A stretch of 63,825 nt of DNA, the filler included, from Octopus bimaculoides (taxonomy: Eukaryota), in the NCBI RefSeq assembly GCF_001194135.2. It is 4 parts of 4 records of this genome, joined end to end, with 100 filler letters (N's around TTAATTAATTAA, not from the genome) between each part and the next. Parts side by side here need not be neighbours in the genome. Positions count along the whole stretch, not along the records: positions 1 to 18,158 come from NC_069009.1; 3 more parts are not named here. One strand, given 5' to 3'. Each line of letters starts with the position of its first letter. Positions within the stretch are counted from its first letter, which is position 1. The translations under genes were made by a program, and so were the position numbers. This document shows, piece by piece, positions 1-11,814 of the stretch. The notes under the pieces were generated by a model. The model searched no databases. It worked only from the letters and a program-made list of their open reading frames with translations, and was not told where the DNA came from.

Positions 1-66
<66 letters not shown>

Positions 67-641
67 TATATATATATACATACATATATATGTATATATA
101 CAAACACATACATGGCTACATATATATGTACATATATATATATATTTGTATGTATGTGTGCATATATATCCATATATATATATTTATCCACTTATGTATA
201 TAAATATACATATATATTTATGTATGTATATATATATAGATAGATAGATAGATAGATAGATATATATGTATGTATATATGTGTATATGGACAACTTCAAG
301 TAAGGAGAAAGCAAAAATAAAAGACTGATTTTTATGGAAATTTCTTTATTTCAAGCATGTATGTATAATTCTATTATATATGAGTATGTGTATGCCTACC
401 AGTATGTATTTGTGTTTGTCTGTGTACATAAATATAAAATGTATGTAATTATGAATACATGAATATATGAATTTATTTATGCATATATACATATACACAA
501 GCAGAATATGTATAAGCATTATATTGATATATTTATGTCTGTATGTATAATTTCAGATCATATATAGACATATACCTTTTGTGTATGTATGTATGCATGT
601 GTATGTGTGTGTTTACATATATATATGTATGTATATATACA

Positions 642-800
642 TAGGTGCAGGAGTGGCTGTGTGGTAAGAAGTTTGCTTCCCAGCCACATGGTCGGGTTCA
701 GTCCAATTGTGTGGCACCTTGGACACATGTCTTCTACTATAGCCTCAGGCCAACCAAAGCCTTATGAGTGGATTCAGTAGACGGAAACTGAAAGAATCCT
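642..800 (+). mobile_element. tRNA-derived SINE, family A (head ggtgcaggagtggctgtgtggtaag)
   Basis: A-box-like TGGCTGTGTGG and B-box-like GGTTCAGTCC, then the family body ending gtagacggaaactgaaagaa. The same family recurs at about 5681, 9943, 11815, 13187, 34795, 36580, 47858 and 59695. Confidence 0.8.
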
Positions 801-1049
801 GTTGGATAAAACAATGGAAACAACTTAAAATTTCAAACAAATTTATTTCAATATGGGGTAGGACCGCCTTTGGCACTAATTAGAGCTTGAATTCTACAAG
901 GTATAGACTCGTGCAAAGTTTGAATTGTTTCCAAAGGAATTTTTGTCCATTCTTCAGCTAAAACAGTCTCCAGTTCTTGTAGTGATGATGGAGGAGGATA
1001 TAGACTCCTTACTTGTCTTTCTAAAATGCAACAAATCATATAATTATGA
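801..1049 (-). mobile_element. Tc1-like DNA transposon, 3' fragment (transposase C-terminus plus TIR)
   Basis: ORF 848-1039 reads CILERQVRSLYPPPSSLQELETVLAEEWTKIPLETIQTLHESIPCRIQALISAKGGPTPY, a typical Tc1 C-terminus. 801-822 gttggataaaacaatggaaaca matches 20/22 to the inverted TIR at 8219-8245. Confidence 0.85.
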
Positions 1050-1300
1050 AATATAATTAAGGGCTAGTGGATATAACTAGCCCTTAATTGCCTGTGTGGC
1101 AATTTGTGTATGTATTGGTATCTATGAATGTACTTATCGGTCAGTGCGCGTATTTCTCCATTATATATTCCTGGTACACTTCGGCTGATGAATGCAGAGA
1201 AATTTCTTGCAGACCATGAAATATCGAGGTATAGAGTGATCTGAAAAGTTTGTACATTCCTTTGCTCACTCCCTTGCATTTGACCTGTGGTTAAATATAG
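1050..1300 (+). mobile_element. Probable Penelope-like pLTR fragment with perfect hairpin and decayed hammerhead
   Basis: 14-bp perfect inverted repeat at 1055-1089. CTGATGA at 1185, a hairpin, GAAA at 1218 and GTA at 1229 follow, with imperfect helices I and III. Confidence 0.4.
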
Positions 1301-2330
1301 ACAACAAATTTTAGAGTGGATTGTAGGTATTTGACATCTATTTCTGCTGGGAAGCTGATTTCTACAACTGTATACAGTTTCTCTTCTCTATCCCAAATTA
1401 CTATGTCAGGTCTATTATCATTATTTTACTTGTGAATATTATATTTTTTGGTTTTTTTCTTTTAAATCAGGGAATTATTTATCAGAAATTATGGTGGAAT
1501 AGGGAAAGAAAAAATAGGTTTGTTATGTTTACATTTTATTGAGGTTTTTCACTGGGACATTCCACCAGTACTCCTTTTTATTTATGTATGTATGTTTTTA
1601 TGCATGTTTTTCTTGAGTATGACTTTAAACTGCATCTGGTTGTGGGGCCCTGATACAGGGCTTTGAGAAGCATGAAACCATCTCTTAGTCAAAGCTGGTT
1701 CTGAAGACTATTCTGACCCAGAACAGTAGCACCTGTTAAGGTCCCAGCTCTGTGTAAATAGCATGTGAACCACAAAGAATTAAGGACCTCTAGCTCTCAT
1801 TAGAACTTCCTTCTAAGAGAAGGTAAACACATATAAAAACAGCTGAAGTGTAATTAGTTCCTCTTCATCTCAACCTCTGTTGCGCCACCGATTTTGGAGC
1901 TGAATACTCTAATAAATGGGTTTAATGTTGTGCAACACTTTATCCATTCTGGCTGAATTCACATACAAGAAATTTTCGACTCACAGAATGCTTGCTTGAT
2001 TCTTTTACGAAGAGAGTTTCTGGACACTCTGTAGGTCAAAGACCAAGACGTGTCAAAGGGCTGATGTGCTCCTTGTGGGCCAGTGGCCATCATGGGGCAT
2101 GGTTAGCCAATATTTCAGAAGTGGAATCTGGTACACAGTGCAGATGCCCGACCTCTATGCACATGTATGTGTGTGTGCGTATTTGTGTGATGTACAGTTT
2201 TGTTATGATGTTTCGATAACTTTCTGGTGTTTTTATGTTGTTGATTCAGTGACTGGAAATTATAGCTATTGTTATGAGGATGTAATATATAAATATACAA
2301 CATACACACACATAGCTGTTTGTAAGCATG

Positions 2331-2362
<32 letters not shown>

Positions 2363-2546
2363 AATTCATAAGAATGGTACAACAAGGTACTGATATTTGC
2401 TGGAGAATAGCAATCGATATAAAAACGACGCTATTGTATAGCTTCACTGCGTATATACTGGCAAAAATGCGTGTGTGCAACAAAACATGAAAAACTTGTC
2501 TTACCTTAGGAAGAACATCCGAAAATGAACAACCCAGATTAAGGAT

Positions 2547-2621
2547 AATGCAATACCTAGGTTTCAGACTTTTCAAATACGTTTCACAACGTAAAACTGA
2601 TTAGTCTTCATCAGTTGCATT
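2547..2621 (-). ncRNA. Minimal type I hammerhead ribozyme (complete core)
   Basis: Minus strand: AAUGCAA-CUGAUGA-AGACU..AGUCU-GAAAC-CUAG-GUA-UUGCAUU. 7-bp helix I, 5-bp helix II base, palindromic helix III ACCUAGGU. Confidence 0.85.
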
Positions 2622-3849
2622 TACCTAGACAACATTTCAAATGTTGCTACATNNNNNNNNNNNNNNNNNNNNNNNNNNNNNNNNNNNNNNNNNNNNNNNN
2701 NNNNNNNNNNNNNNNNNNNNNNNNNNNNNNNNNNNNNNNNNNNNNNNNNNNNNNNNNNNNNNNNNNNNNNNNNNNNNNNNNNNNNNNNNNNNNNNNNNNN
2801 NNNNNNNNNNNNNNNNNNNNNNNNNNNNNNNNNNNNNNNNNNNNNNNNNNNNNNNNNNNNNNNNNNNNNNNNNNNNNNNNNNNNNNNNNNNNNNNNNNNN
2901 NNNNNNNNNNNNNNNNNNNNNNNNNNNNNNNNNNNNNNNNNNNNNNNNNNNNNNNNNNNNNNNNNNNNNNNNNNNNNNNNNNNNNNNNNNNNNNNNNNNN
3001 NNNNNNNNNNNNNNNNNNNNNNNNNNNNNNNNNNNNNNNNNNNNNNNNNNNNNNNNNNNNNNNNNNNNNNNNNNNNNNNNNNNNNNNNNNNNNNNNNNNN
3101 NNNNNNNNNNNNNNNNNNNNNNNNNNNNNNNNNNNNNNNNNNNNNNNNNNNNNNNNNNNNNNNNNNNNNNNNNNNNNNNNNNNNNNNNNNNNNNNNNNNN
3201 NNNNNNNNNNNNNNNNNNNNNNNNNNNNNNNNNNNNNNNNNNNNNNNNNNNNNNNNNNNNNNNNNNNNNNNNNNNNNNNNNNNNNNNNNNNNNNNNNNNN
3301 NNNNNNNNNNNNNNNNNNNNNNNNNNNNNNNNNNNNNNNNNNNNNNNNNNNNNNNNNNNNNNNNNNNNNNNNNNNNNNNNNNNNNNNNNNNNNNNNNNNN
3401 NNNNNNNNNNNNNNNNNNNNNNNNNNNNNNNNNNNNNNNNNNNNNNNNNNNNNNNNNNNNNNNNNNNNNNNNNNNNNNNNNNNNNNNNNNNNNNNNNNNN
3501 NNNNNNNNNNNNNNNNNNNNNNNNNNNNNNNNNNNNNNNNNNNNNNNNNNNNNNNNNNNNNNNNNNNNNNNNCCCCGATTTTTTAATACCGTTTCCATGG
3601 AACCGGATGAACTCTTGAAGTAATTGTGTGTGCATGTGAACGTATGTGTGTGTGTTTGCATGCATGTGTAAATGTATGTGTGTGTGTTTGTGTGTGTGTG
3701 TGTGTGCATTCAGTTGACAGACGACGTTTTGAAATATCCACGTAAAAAAAAATTGTTTTCAAAAAACATTGGAATTTTGTCCCTGCTCTGCCTTGAATAG
3801 TCATTAGACTGTGGCCATGCTAGGGTACTGCCTTCAAGAATGTATTAAT

Positions 3850-4410
3850 TGTATGTATCAACCCCAATAACAGAGCAGGGGACACCGTTAAAAGCTTGTA
3901 CCAGATCGGCGAAGGCTAAGTACAATGACTCACTTTTTGCCCAGTACCTTTCTTGCAGCTGTCTCACTAGGAAGATGGCATATGTGGTACCATTCCCAGG
4001 TACAAAACCAAACTGCATCTCATCAAGTTTGGTTTTCTAATCAATTGAGCTATAACCCTCACAGTAACTTTCATAACTTGGTCTAGCAATTTAATACTTC
4101 TGTAGTTGTTTCTATCTAAGGCATCACCTTTACCCTTGTAGCAGCTAACTATAATGCTACTACACCATTTGTTGGGGATGGTGACTTCTTGAATAACTTA
4201 TACAGGTAACTAGGCTGTATCTTACACCACCAGAAATTTTAATCATCTCAGCAATGATTCCTGATGGTCCATGGGATTTTCCTGTCTTCATGTCCTTAAT
4301 TGCCTTATCTGTTACGCTGTTATCAACTCTGATGGCTGGTGCCTCAATTGGTTCAATATTTGGTAGACACTCCTTCTTCCATTCACTTTCCACATTTAGT
4401 ATATATACAT
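3850..4410 (-). mobile_element. RTE-clade LINE reverse transcriptase N-terminal fragment
   Basis: Translates to KAIKDMKTGKSHGPSGIIAEMIK and MQFGFVPGNGTTYAIFLVRQLQERY..LYLAFADLVQAF, with frameshifts and stops. Confidence 0.85.
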
Positions 4411-4573
4411 ATGTGTGTGTGTGTGTGTGTGTGTGCATGAATATATATACATACATACATACATACATGCATACACTAGCTCTCCTGTGTGACCCTTTTG
4501 TCTGGCATTCGCCATGATACATCACTAGCCACTACACATTCTTCATTTTCTCTCCTTGTTTCTTTCTATGTTC

Positions 4574-4609
4574 CTTTCTGTGGAAGAGCGTAGGCTCGAA
4601 ATGTTAAAG
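4574..4609 (+). ncRNA. Degenerate minimal hammerhead motif
   Basis: CUUU-CUGUGGA-A-GAGC(GUAG)GCUC-GAAAU-GUU-AAAG. Helices I and II are perfect. A6 is replaced by U and C15.2 by U. Confidence 0.45.
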
Positions 4610-5680
4610 ACTTTTTCAATTCCTGAGCGTTATACTAATACATCTGTTTGTTTTCTACACCACCTGCCTTCGTCTTTTGTTTTCTTTTTGGGGGGGGGGA
4701 ATTCTCCCTAAATATAGATATCTATATATATNNNNNNNNNNNNNNNNNNNNNNNNNNNNNNNNNNNNNNNNNNNNNNNNNNNNNNNNNNNNNNNNNNNNN
4801 NNNNNNNNNNNNNNNNNNNNNNNNNNNNNNNNNNNNNNNNNNNNNNNNNNNNNNNNNNNNNNNNNNNNNNNNNNNNNNNNNNNNNNNNNNNNNNNNNNNN
4901 NNNNNNNNNNNNNNNNNNNNNNNNNNNNNNNNNNNNNNNNNNNNNNNNNNNNNNNNNNNNNNNNNNNNNNNNNNNNNNNNNNNNNNNNNNNNNNNNNNNN
5001 NNNNNNNNNNNNNNNNNNNNNNNNNNNNNNNNNNNNNNNNNNNNNNNNNNNNNNNNNNNNNNNNNNNNNNNNNNNNNNNNNNNNNNNNNNNNNNNNNNNN
5101 NNNNNNNNNNNNNNNNNNNNNNNNNNNNNNNNNNNNNNNNNNNNNNNNNNNNNNNNNNNNNNNNNNNNNNNNNNNNNNNNNNNNNNNNNNNNNNNNNNNN
5201 NNNNNNNNNNNNNNNNNNNNNNNNNNNNNNNNNNNNNNNNNNNNNNNNNNNNNNNNNNNNNNNNNNNNNNNNNNNNNNNNNNNNNNNNNNNNNNNNNNNN
5301 NNNNNNNNNNNNNNNNNNNNNNNNNNNNNNNNNNNNNNNNNNNNNNNNNNNNNNNNNNNNNNNNNNNNNNNNNNNNNNNNNNNNNNNNNNNNNNNNNNNN
5401 NNNNNNNNNNNNNNNNNNNNNNNNNNNNNNNNNNNNNNNNNNNNNNNNNNNNNNNNNNNNNNNNNNNNNNNNNNNNNNNNNNNNNNNNNNNNNNNNNNNN
5501 NNNNNNNNNNNNNNNNNNNNNNNNNNNNNNNNNNNNNNNNNNNNNNNNNNNNNNNNNNNNNNNNNNNNNNNNNNNNNNNNNNNNNNNNNNNNNNNNNNNN
5601 NNNNNNNNNNNNNNNNNNNNNNNNNNNNNNNNNNNNNNNNNNNNNNNNNNNNNNNNNNNNNNNNNNNNNATATATATGAT

Positions 5681-5841
5681 GGCCTTCTTTCAGTTTCCTT
5701 CTACCAAATCCACTTACAAGGCCTTGGTTGGCCCAGGGCTATAGTAGAAGGACACTTGCCCAAGGTGCCAGACAGTGGGACTGAACCCAGAACCATGTGG
5801 TTGGGAAGCAAGCTACTTACCACACAACCATGCCTGCACCT
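5681..5841 (-). mobile_element. tRNA-derived SINE, family A
   Basis: Reverse complement of the 642-800 family. Confidence 0.8.
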
Positions 5842-6399
5842 TGCTTACATTTCGTCCATCATTTCAGAAATTTTCTCTGTCAGCTGTAACCTCTTGCATT
5901 ATCCAAAACTTCCAGTTCTTATACTGCTCATTACCATTTGTGCAATTTCACCTGTCCTTAGCCATACGCATCACATGTCCCCAAGCAATCCTTCAGGCTT
6001 CAATACAGAGCATAGGTCTTATTTGAATAACTGAGAATTATATCTATCTCTCAGTGGATGAAATCCATTTTTTTTATAGATACGTGTGTGTGTGTGTGAA
6101 AACAGAAGATTGGAAAATTTTTGGCATTATTTTGGTAAATTTTCTCCAATCTTCTATTTGGTATTATTATTCTGCAGAAAACATTTTCCCAGTATTTTCA
6201 ACTCTTAGACATACTTCACATAATTGTAACATCTACATAAGGATTTGTATTACTGGAATAAGCAGATGTGCTTGAAAAGGGCACAGCTTGGACTTGAACC
6301 TACCCACCACAACAGAATTGAGATCTTAAAACCAAGGGGCCAAAAAAAAAAAAAAAATGCATGGCTGTGGATGTTGGTGCTGTGTAAGAAGAATTGCTG

Positions 6400-7125
6400 T
6401 TGGTGCCATAAAAAGTACTGTGCTGGTGTCACATAAGAAGCACTGGTGCCGGTGCCATAAAAAAGCATTGGTACTGGTGCCATGTAAGAAGCACTGGTGC
6501 TGGTTCCACATAAGAAGCACTGGTGATGGTGCCACATAAGAAGCACTGGTGATGGTGCCACATAAGAAGCACTGGTGCTGGTGCCGCGTAAAAAGCACTG
6601 GTGCTGGTGCCACATAAGAAGCACTGGTGCTGGTGCCACGTAANNNNNNNNNNNNNNNNNNNNNNNNNNNNNNNNNNNNNNNNNNNNNNNNNNNNNNNNN
6701 NNNNNNNNNNNNNNNNNNNNNNNNNNNNNNNNNNNNNNNNNNNNNNNNNNNNNNNNNNNNNNNNNNNNNNNNNNNNNNNNNNNNNNNNNNNNNNNNNNNN
6801 NNNNNNNNNNNNNNNNNNNNNNNNNNNNNNNNNNNNNNNNNNNNNNNNNNNNNNNNNNNNNNNNNNNNNNNNNNNNNNNNNNNNNNNNNNNNNNNNNNNN
6901 NNNNNNNNNNNNNNNNNNNNNNNNNNNNNNNNNNNNNNNNNNNNNNNNNNNNNNNNNNNNNNNNNNNNNNNNNNNGTGCCACGTAAAAAGCACTGGTGCT
7001 GGTGCCACATAAGAAGCACTGGTGCTGGTGCCACGTAAAAAGCACTGGTGCTGGTGCCACATAAGAAGCACTGGTGCTGGTGCCACGTAAGAAGCACTGG
7101 TGCTGGTGCCACGTAAAAAGCACCC
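6400..7125 (+). repeat. 26-bp minisatellite expanded inside a SINE-like element (interrupted by an N gap)
   Basis: Tandem unit cacataagaagcactggtgctggtgc and variant cacgtaaaaagcactggtgctggtgc. It continues into the tail cacccagcacactctgcaaagtggttggc, also seen near 25350 and 56245. Confidence 0.9.
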
Positions 7126-7214
7126 AGCACACTCTGCAAAGTGGTTGGCAGGAGAAAAGTATCCAGCTGTAGTTTGATGCATTTATTTGTAAAGCTAAGG
7201 AAGTTATTAATATT

Positions 7215-8245
7215 ATTATTAATATTAAGATGTGGGGACTGTGGTGGCAAGATAAGATGTTCAACTTCACTAGAATGTTCCTCGTGCCATTCAGTAACAA
7301 CTTTAGCTGTGTGAATTGGTGTATTATCATCCTGAAAGATTGTGTTTCCCCCCGGAAACAGTTCCGTAACCATAGGATGAATCTGATCAGATAAAATGCT
7401 CAAATAGTCTTGACTATTAATTCTGCCATGAAGGGAAACCATTGGGCGGCTGGATTTCCAAGATATAGCATCCCAGATCATCACAGATCCTCCTCCATGT
7501 TTAACAGTTGGAAGAGTGCAGTCTGGGTCAAATGCTTCTTTTGGCTGTCTCCACACGTATACTCAGTTGGTGGTTGGAAATAAGGTAAAGGATGACTCAT
7601 CTGAGAAAATAACATTCTTCAACTGCTCTAGGGACCAATTCTGTAGGTTTTTACTCCACTCTAAATGCTTTGCAATGTTTGTTTGTGAAAGTAGTTGTTT
7701 TCTGATTGCAGCCCTCCCATGAAATCCGGCTTTGTGCAGCTCCCAGCAAACAGTTTTTGTGGAAACTGGGTTCTCAAGGTGGTCATTAAGCTCTGTAGTA
7801 ATTTTTGGAGCTGTACTTTTGTGATCCTTTCTAACAATTCTCATAAGAGTCCGACGGTCCCTATCTGAAAGTTTTGGTTTTCTTCCGGAGTTTTGTTTCA
7901 ATGAGGAGGTTTTTCCCTCGTTCTCAAAGTCTGTCATTACTTTCAAGGCAGTACTCCTTGATACATCAAACATTTCAGCTGTTTTCATTACGCTAGCACC
8001 TGCCATATGAACACCAACAATTTGACCTCTTTGAAAGTCCAATAGATCTGTCATTTTTATGAACTTTAATTACCTTTTTCTGATGATATCTGAAAAGAAA
8101 CAGCAATTTTAGCAAAATATATTAAGCAACACTAATAATAAATAAAAAAAAACATAAAAATAAACCAGCTTCTGACGGTTTTATAGATATTTCATAATTA
8201 TGATGCTATAATGCTAGATGTTTCCATTATTTTGTCCAACCCCTG
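7215..8245 (-). mobile_element. Tc1-like DNA transposon, 5' part with near-complete transposase pseudogene
   Basis: ORF 7563-8054 (HTH region, GRKPKL, VIFSDES) continues in the same frame past one TGA into VWRQPKE..TVKHGGGSVMIW..IFQDDNTPIH..PPQSPHLNI. TIR at 8219-8245 followed by TA. Confidence 0.95.
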
Positions 8246-8682
8246 TATTATACATACACAAATATACTTGGGTTCTGTGTGATTGAATGAGTGAGTGAGT
8301 GTATACAGATATGCACCTCCTTTCTTTTTTCTCTAAAAAAAAAAATTAACACACAAAAATATCGCAACATCAACATCATCACCATGGTGACCACCACCAC
8401 TACCACCACCAACAGCAAAAACGATCATTCCTCCTCCACTCTATCTCCAACCTAGTAAGAATTCTCTTAGCATCGTTGACTTGTAAATGTGTATAGCGTC
8501 AAAAATACACATTTGTGACGCTCGGATTAAGTGAGACAAATTGTGGTCGGCTACCAGTTAATTTGAACCCCTACTGTTCCTGTTTACACTGAAGGCAGCT
8601 AACTAAAACACACCACAACCACAACACCAGCAACAACATCAACAATCTATGACCACTGAGACTAACTGACACAAGCACTTAC

Positions 8683-8858
8683 TGCAGACGTTTCTTATTG
8701 GTTGGCTGACTGATTTCTCATCATTATCAGGTGCGAACGCATAATCATTAGCAAGTGCAGAGTATGTAGGAGGATGACATGGTGATGCCGTCTTGGTGTC
8801 CAAGTAATGGGAGAAATTTTGAAAAACACACCACATACAGTGAATGAGGCCTAACATC
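8683..8858 (-). CDS. Candidate exon of an unidentified minus-strand gene
   Basis: Acceptor tattgtttccAG at 8860-8859 and donor GTAAGT at 8682-8677. One frame is open: MLGLIHCMWCVFQNFSHYLDTKTASPCHPPTYSALANDYAFAPDNDEKSVSQPIRNVC. A second GTAAGT donor at 8945 defines an 87-nt intron. No homologue recognised. Confidence 0.35.
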
Positions 8859-9238
8859 CTGGAAACAATATTACTTATTTCGGAATAGGAATGGAATTCC
8901 TGCTGTTTCTAACAATCATTATGTTTCCTTTAAGCGGAAACTTACTTTGTTTCTCCGATCCTAAATTCCACTGTATTCCAAAATTCTTAATTGACCAAAT
9001 TGTAATGAATTTCTGCGGATAGTTATGAGTGCAATATAGCAGTGTACACACACACACACACACAAATAAAGATAGACAGAAAAATCAATTTATATATATG
9101 TGTACATACATAAATATATATATACGTGCATATATATATATTCATATATATATAAAAACATATCCATGTGCATGTCTATCTATCTATCTCTCCTTATATA
9201 TATAAAAATATACATATATACATATATATATAAACATC

Positions 9239-9276
<38 letters not shown>

Positions 9277-10579
9277 NNNNNNNNNNNNNNNNNNNNNNNN
9301 NNNNNNNNNNNNNNNNNNNNNNNNNNNNNNNNNNNNNNNNNNNNNNNNNNNNNNNNNNNNNNNNNNNNNNNNNNNNNNNNNNNNNNNNNNNNNNNNNNNN
9401 NNNNNNNNNNNNNNNNNNNNNNNNNNNNNNNNNNNNNNNNNNNNNNNNNNNNNNNNNNNNNNNNNNNNNNNNNNNNNNNNNNNNNNNNNNNNNNNNNNNN
9501 NNNNNNNNNNNNNNNNNNNNNNNNNNNNNNNNNNNNNNNNNNNNNNNNNNNNNNNNNNNNNNNNNNNNNNNNNNNNNNNNNNNNNNNNNNNNNNNNNNNN
9601 NNNNNNNNNNNNNNNNNNNNNNNNNNNNNNNNNNNNNNNNNNNNNNNNNNNNNNNNNNNNNNNNNNNNNNNNNNNNNNNNNNNNNNNNNNNNNNNNNNNN
9701 NNNNNNNNNNNNNNNNNNNNNNNNNNNNNNNNNNNNNNNNNNNNNNNNNNNNNNNNNNNNNNNNNNNNNNNNNNNNNNNNNNNNNNNNNNNNNNNNNNNN
9801 NNNNNNNNNNNNNNNNNNNNNNNNNNNNNNNNNNNNNNNNNNNNNNNNNNNNNNNNNNNNNNNNNNNNNNNNNNNNNNNNNNNNNNNNNNNNNNNNNNNN
9901 NNNNNNNNNNNNNNNNNNNTATATATATATATATATATATATGGATGTAGATGTGGCCATGTGGTTCAGAAGCTTGCTTCTCAACCACATGGATCTGGGT
10001 TCAGTTCCACTGCATGGCACCTAGTACTTATTCTATTAGCCTCTCCTGCCAAACTGCTAAGTTACGAGGATGTAGACACATGATCGTCAGTTGTCAAGCG
10101 ATGTTGCAGGGAGGAGGGGAATAAACACATACACACACATATAACGACAGGCTTGCCACAATTATAATATGTCTATTCTACTGTCATTTTCTGCATTTTC
10201 GTGCAGCTGAAAATTGCTCTACATATTGCATTTAATGTAATGCTCGCATTACTTAAATAAATGGAGTAGCATGAAACGTGCGTACTGCAACCATCTTTCA
10301 AATCCGTGTTGCTTATTTTGATTTTTTGATCACCTAGTTTTTGGAATGGTTTTTATATAATACCATACCATACTATATTCTGGTGCCTAAACATAAATAC
10401 CATATTCAATTTTTGAATCNNNNNNNNNNNNNNNNNNNNNNNNNNNNNNNNNNNNNNNNNNNNNNNNNNNNNNNNNNNNNNNNNNNNNNNNNNNNNNNNN
10501 NNNNNNNNNNNNNNNNNNNNNNNNNNNNNNNNNNNNNNNNNNNNNNNNNNNNNNNATATATATAGTTTTAGGGAAAAGA

Positions 10580-11460
10580 ACCAAGGTTCATGGACTCATG
10601 GACTCATCAATGAAAATCAACAGTCACATATAGAAACATTAGTAAGTAAAAGCACAATAAACAAGTATAATATCATAAGATAATGATAATAAAACGTCTA
10701 CACATGTTTCATAACCAATTTTCAAATAGAAAGAAAATTTAAATCGACTAAAACTATTGAAAATCAATTCTATTCAAAAATATAGCTAATCTTCAGGTCA
10801 AAATACAACAAAAATAATAATAAAAGAATGTATATATCAACCAACAATAAATAACAAATGAATGTATATAAAATACTTATTATATCAAGATAGAAAAATA
10901 TTAAAAATATCAAAATTATAAACATTCCATAATCAACCCTACGTGCATTATAATACAAGCTAACAGGAATATCATATGCAAAAACCAACTTTAACAAATT
11001 TTTCGTTTAAAATACAATTTGAACGAAGTTTTAGGTTAAAATAATAAAGATAGAAATAGCACAGATCTAAACGATGCAATAGTTTAAACTAGAAGATTTT
11101 AGACTAAAATGTTTATTTAAAAGAAGTCTCGTGAAAATATTGCATAAAGAAAAAGGAATAGAATAAATAGATATAAAAATATGAATGAAAGATTAAACTT
11201 TATATAACTTAAGTTATAATGAAACAATTAACGATATTGTATAATCAAAGAAATTAAATAAAAAGACTAGTTATTTATCCCATAAAATAAAAAGAAATAT
11301 TAAACAGTATTAATGGAAAAAATCAACCCTAATCTAATCGAAGTCTTAGTTTAGGCTAAGATGATAAACTTGCTACTAATTAATTTAGTGTTAAAAAAGG
11401 TATCGACGAAAATTATCATTAAAAATCAATTGAATAATATAAAAATACATATTTTTTTCA
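10580..11460. repeat. Very AT-rich, strongly decayed repeat, possibly a Penelope-like 3' region
   Basis: Plus-strand traces QFERSF and KDRNSTDLNDAI weakly resemble a Penelope C-terminus. A loose CTGAAGA..GAAACATGTGTA motif lies on the minus strand at about 10696-10800. Confidence 0.25.
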
Positions 11461-11461
11461 G

Positions 11462-11672
11462 AGGCTACACACAAAGGGGACAAACAAGGACAGACAAAGG
11501 GATTAAGTCGATTACATCAACCCCAGTGCGTAACTGGTATTTAATTTATTGCCCCCGAAAGGATGAAAGGCAAAGTCGACTTCGGCAGAATTTGAACTCA
11601 GAACGTAACAGCAGACGAAATACCGCTTAGCATTTCGCCCAGCGTGCTAACGTTTCTGCCAGCTCGCTGCCT
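11462..11672 (-). mobile_element. tRNA-like SINE, family B (head gcgagctggcagaaacgttagcacg)
   Basis: B-box-like gagttcaaattc. The family recurs at about 39315, 39570, 48283, 54170, 58830 and 62393. Confidence 0.75.
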
Positions 11673-11814
11673 TGTACATACATAGAAATATATATTATAT
11701 ATATATATAGTATATATTTCTATGCATCTACACACACACATACGTATATGTATGTATGTATACATACATTAAAAATCAATTGAATACATATGTACATACA
11801 TAGACACATACATT

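Noticed and set aside
6400-7125. CRISPR-like regular repeats
   Set aside because: The units are head-to-tail with no unique spacers, the context is eukaryotic, and there are no cas genes.
10580-11460. Possible mitochondrial insertion (NUMT), suggested by extreme AT content and a hydrophobic ORF
   Set aside because: No recognisable mitochondrial protein, rRNA or tRNA motif. A decayed repeat is more likely.
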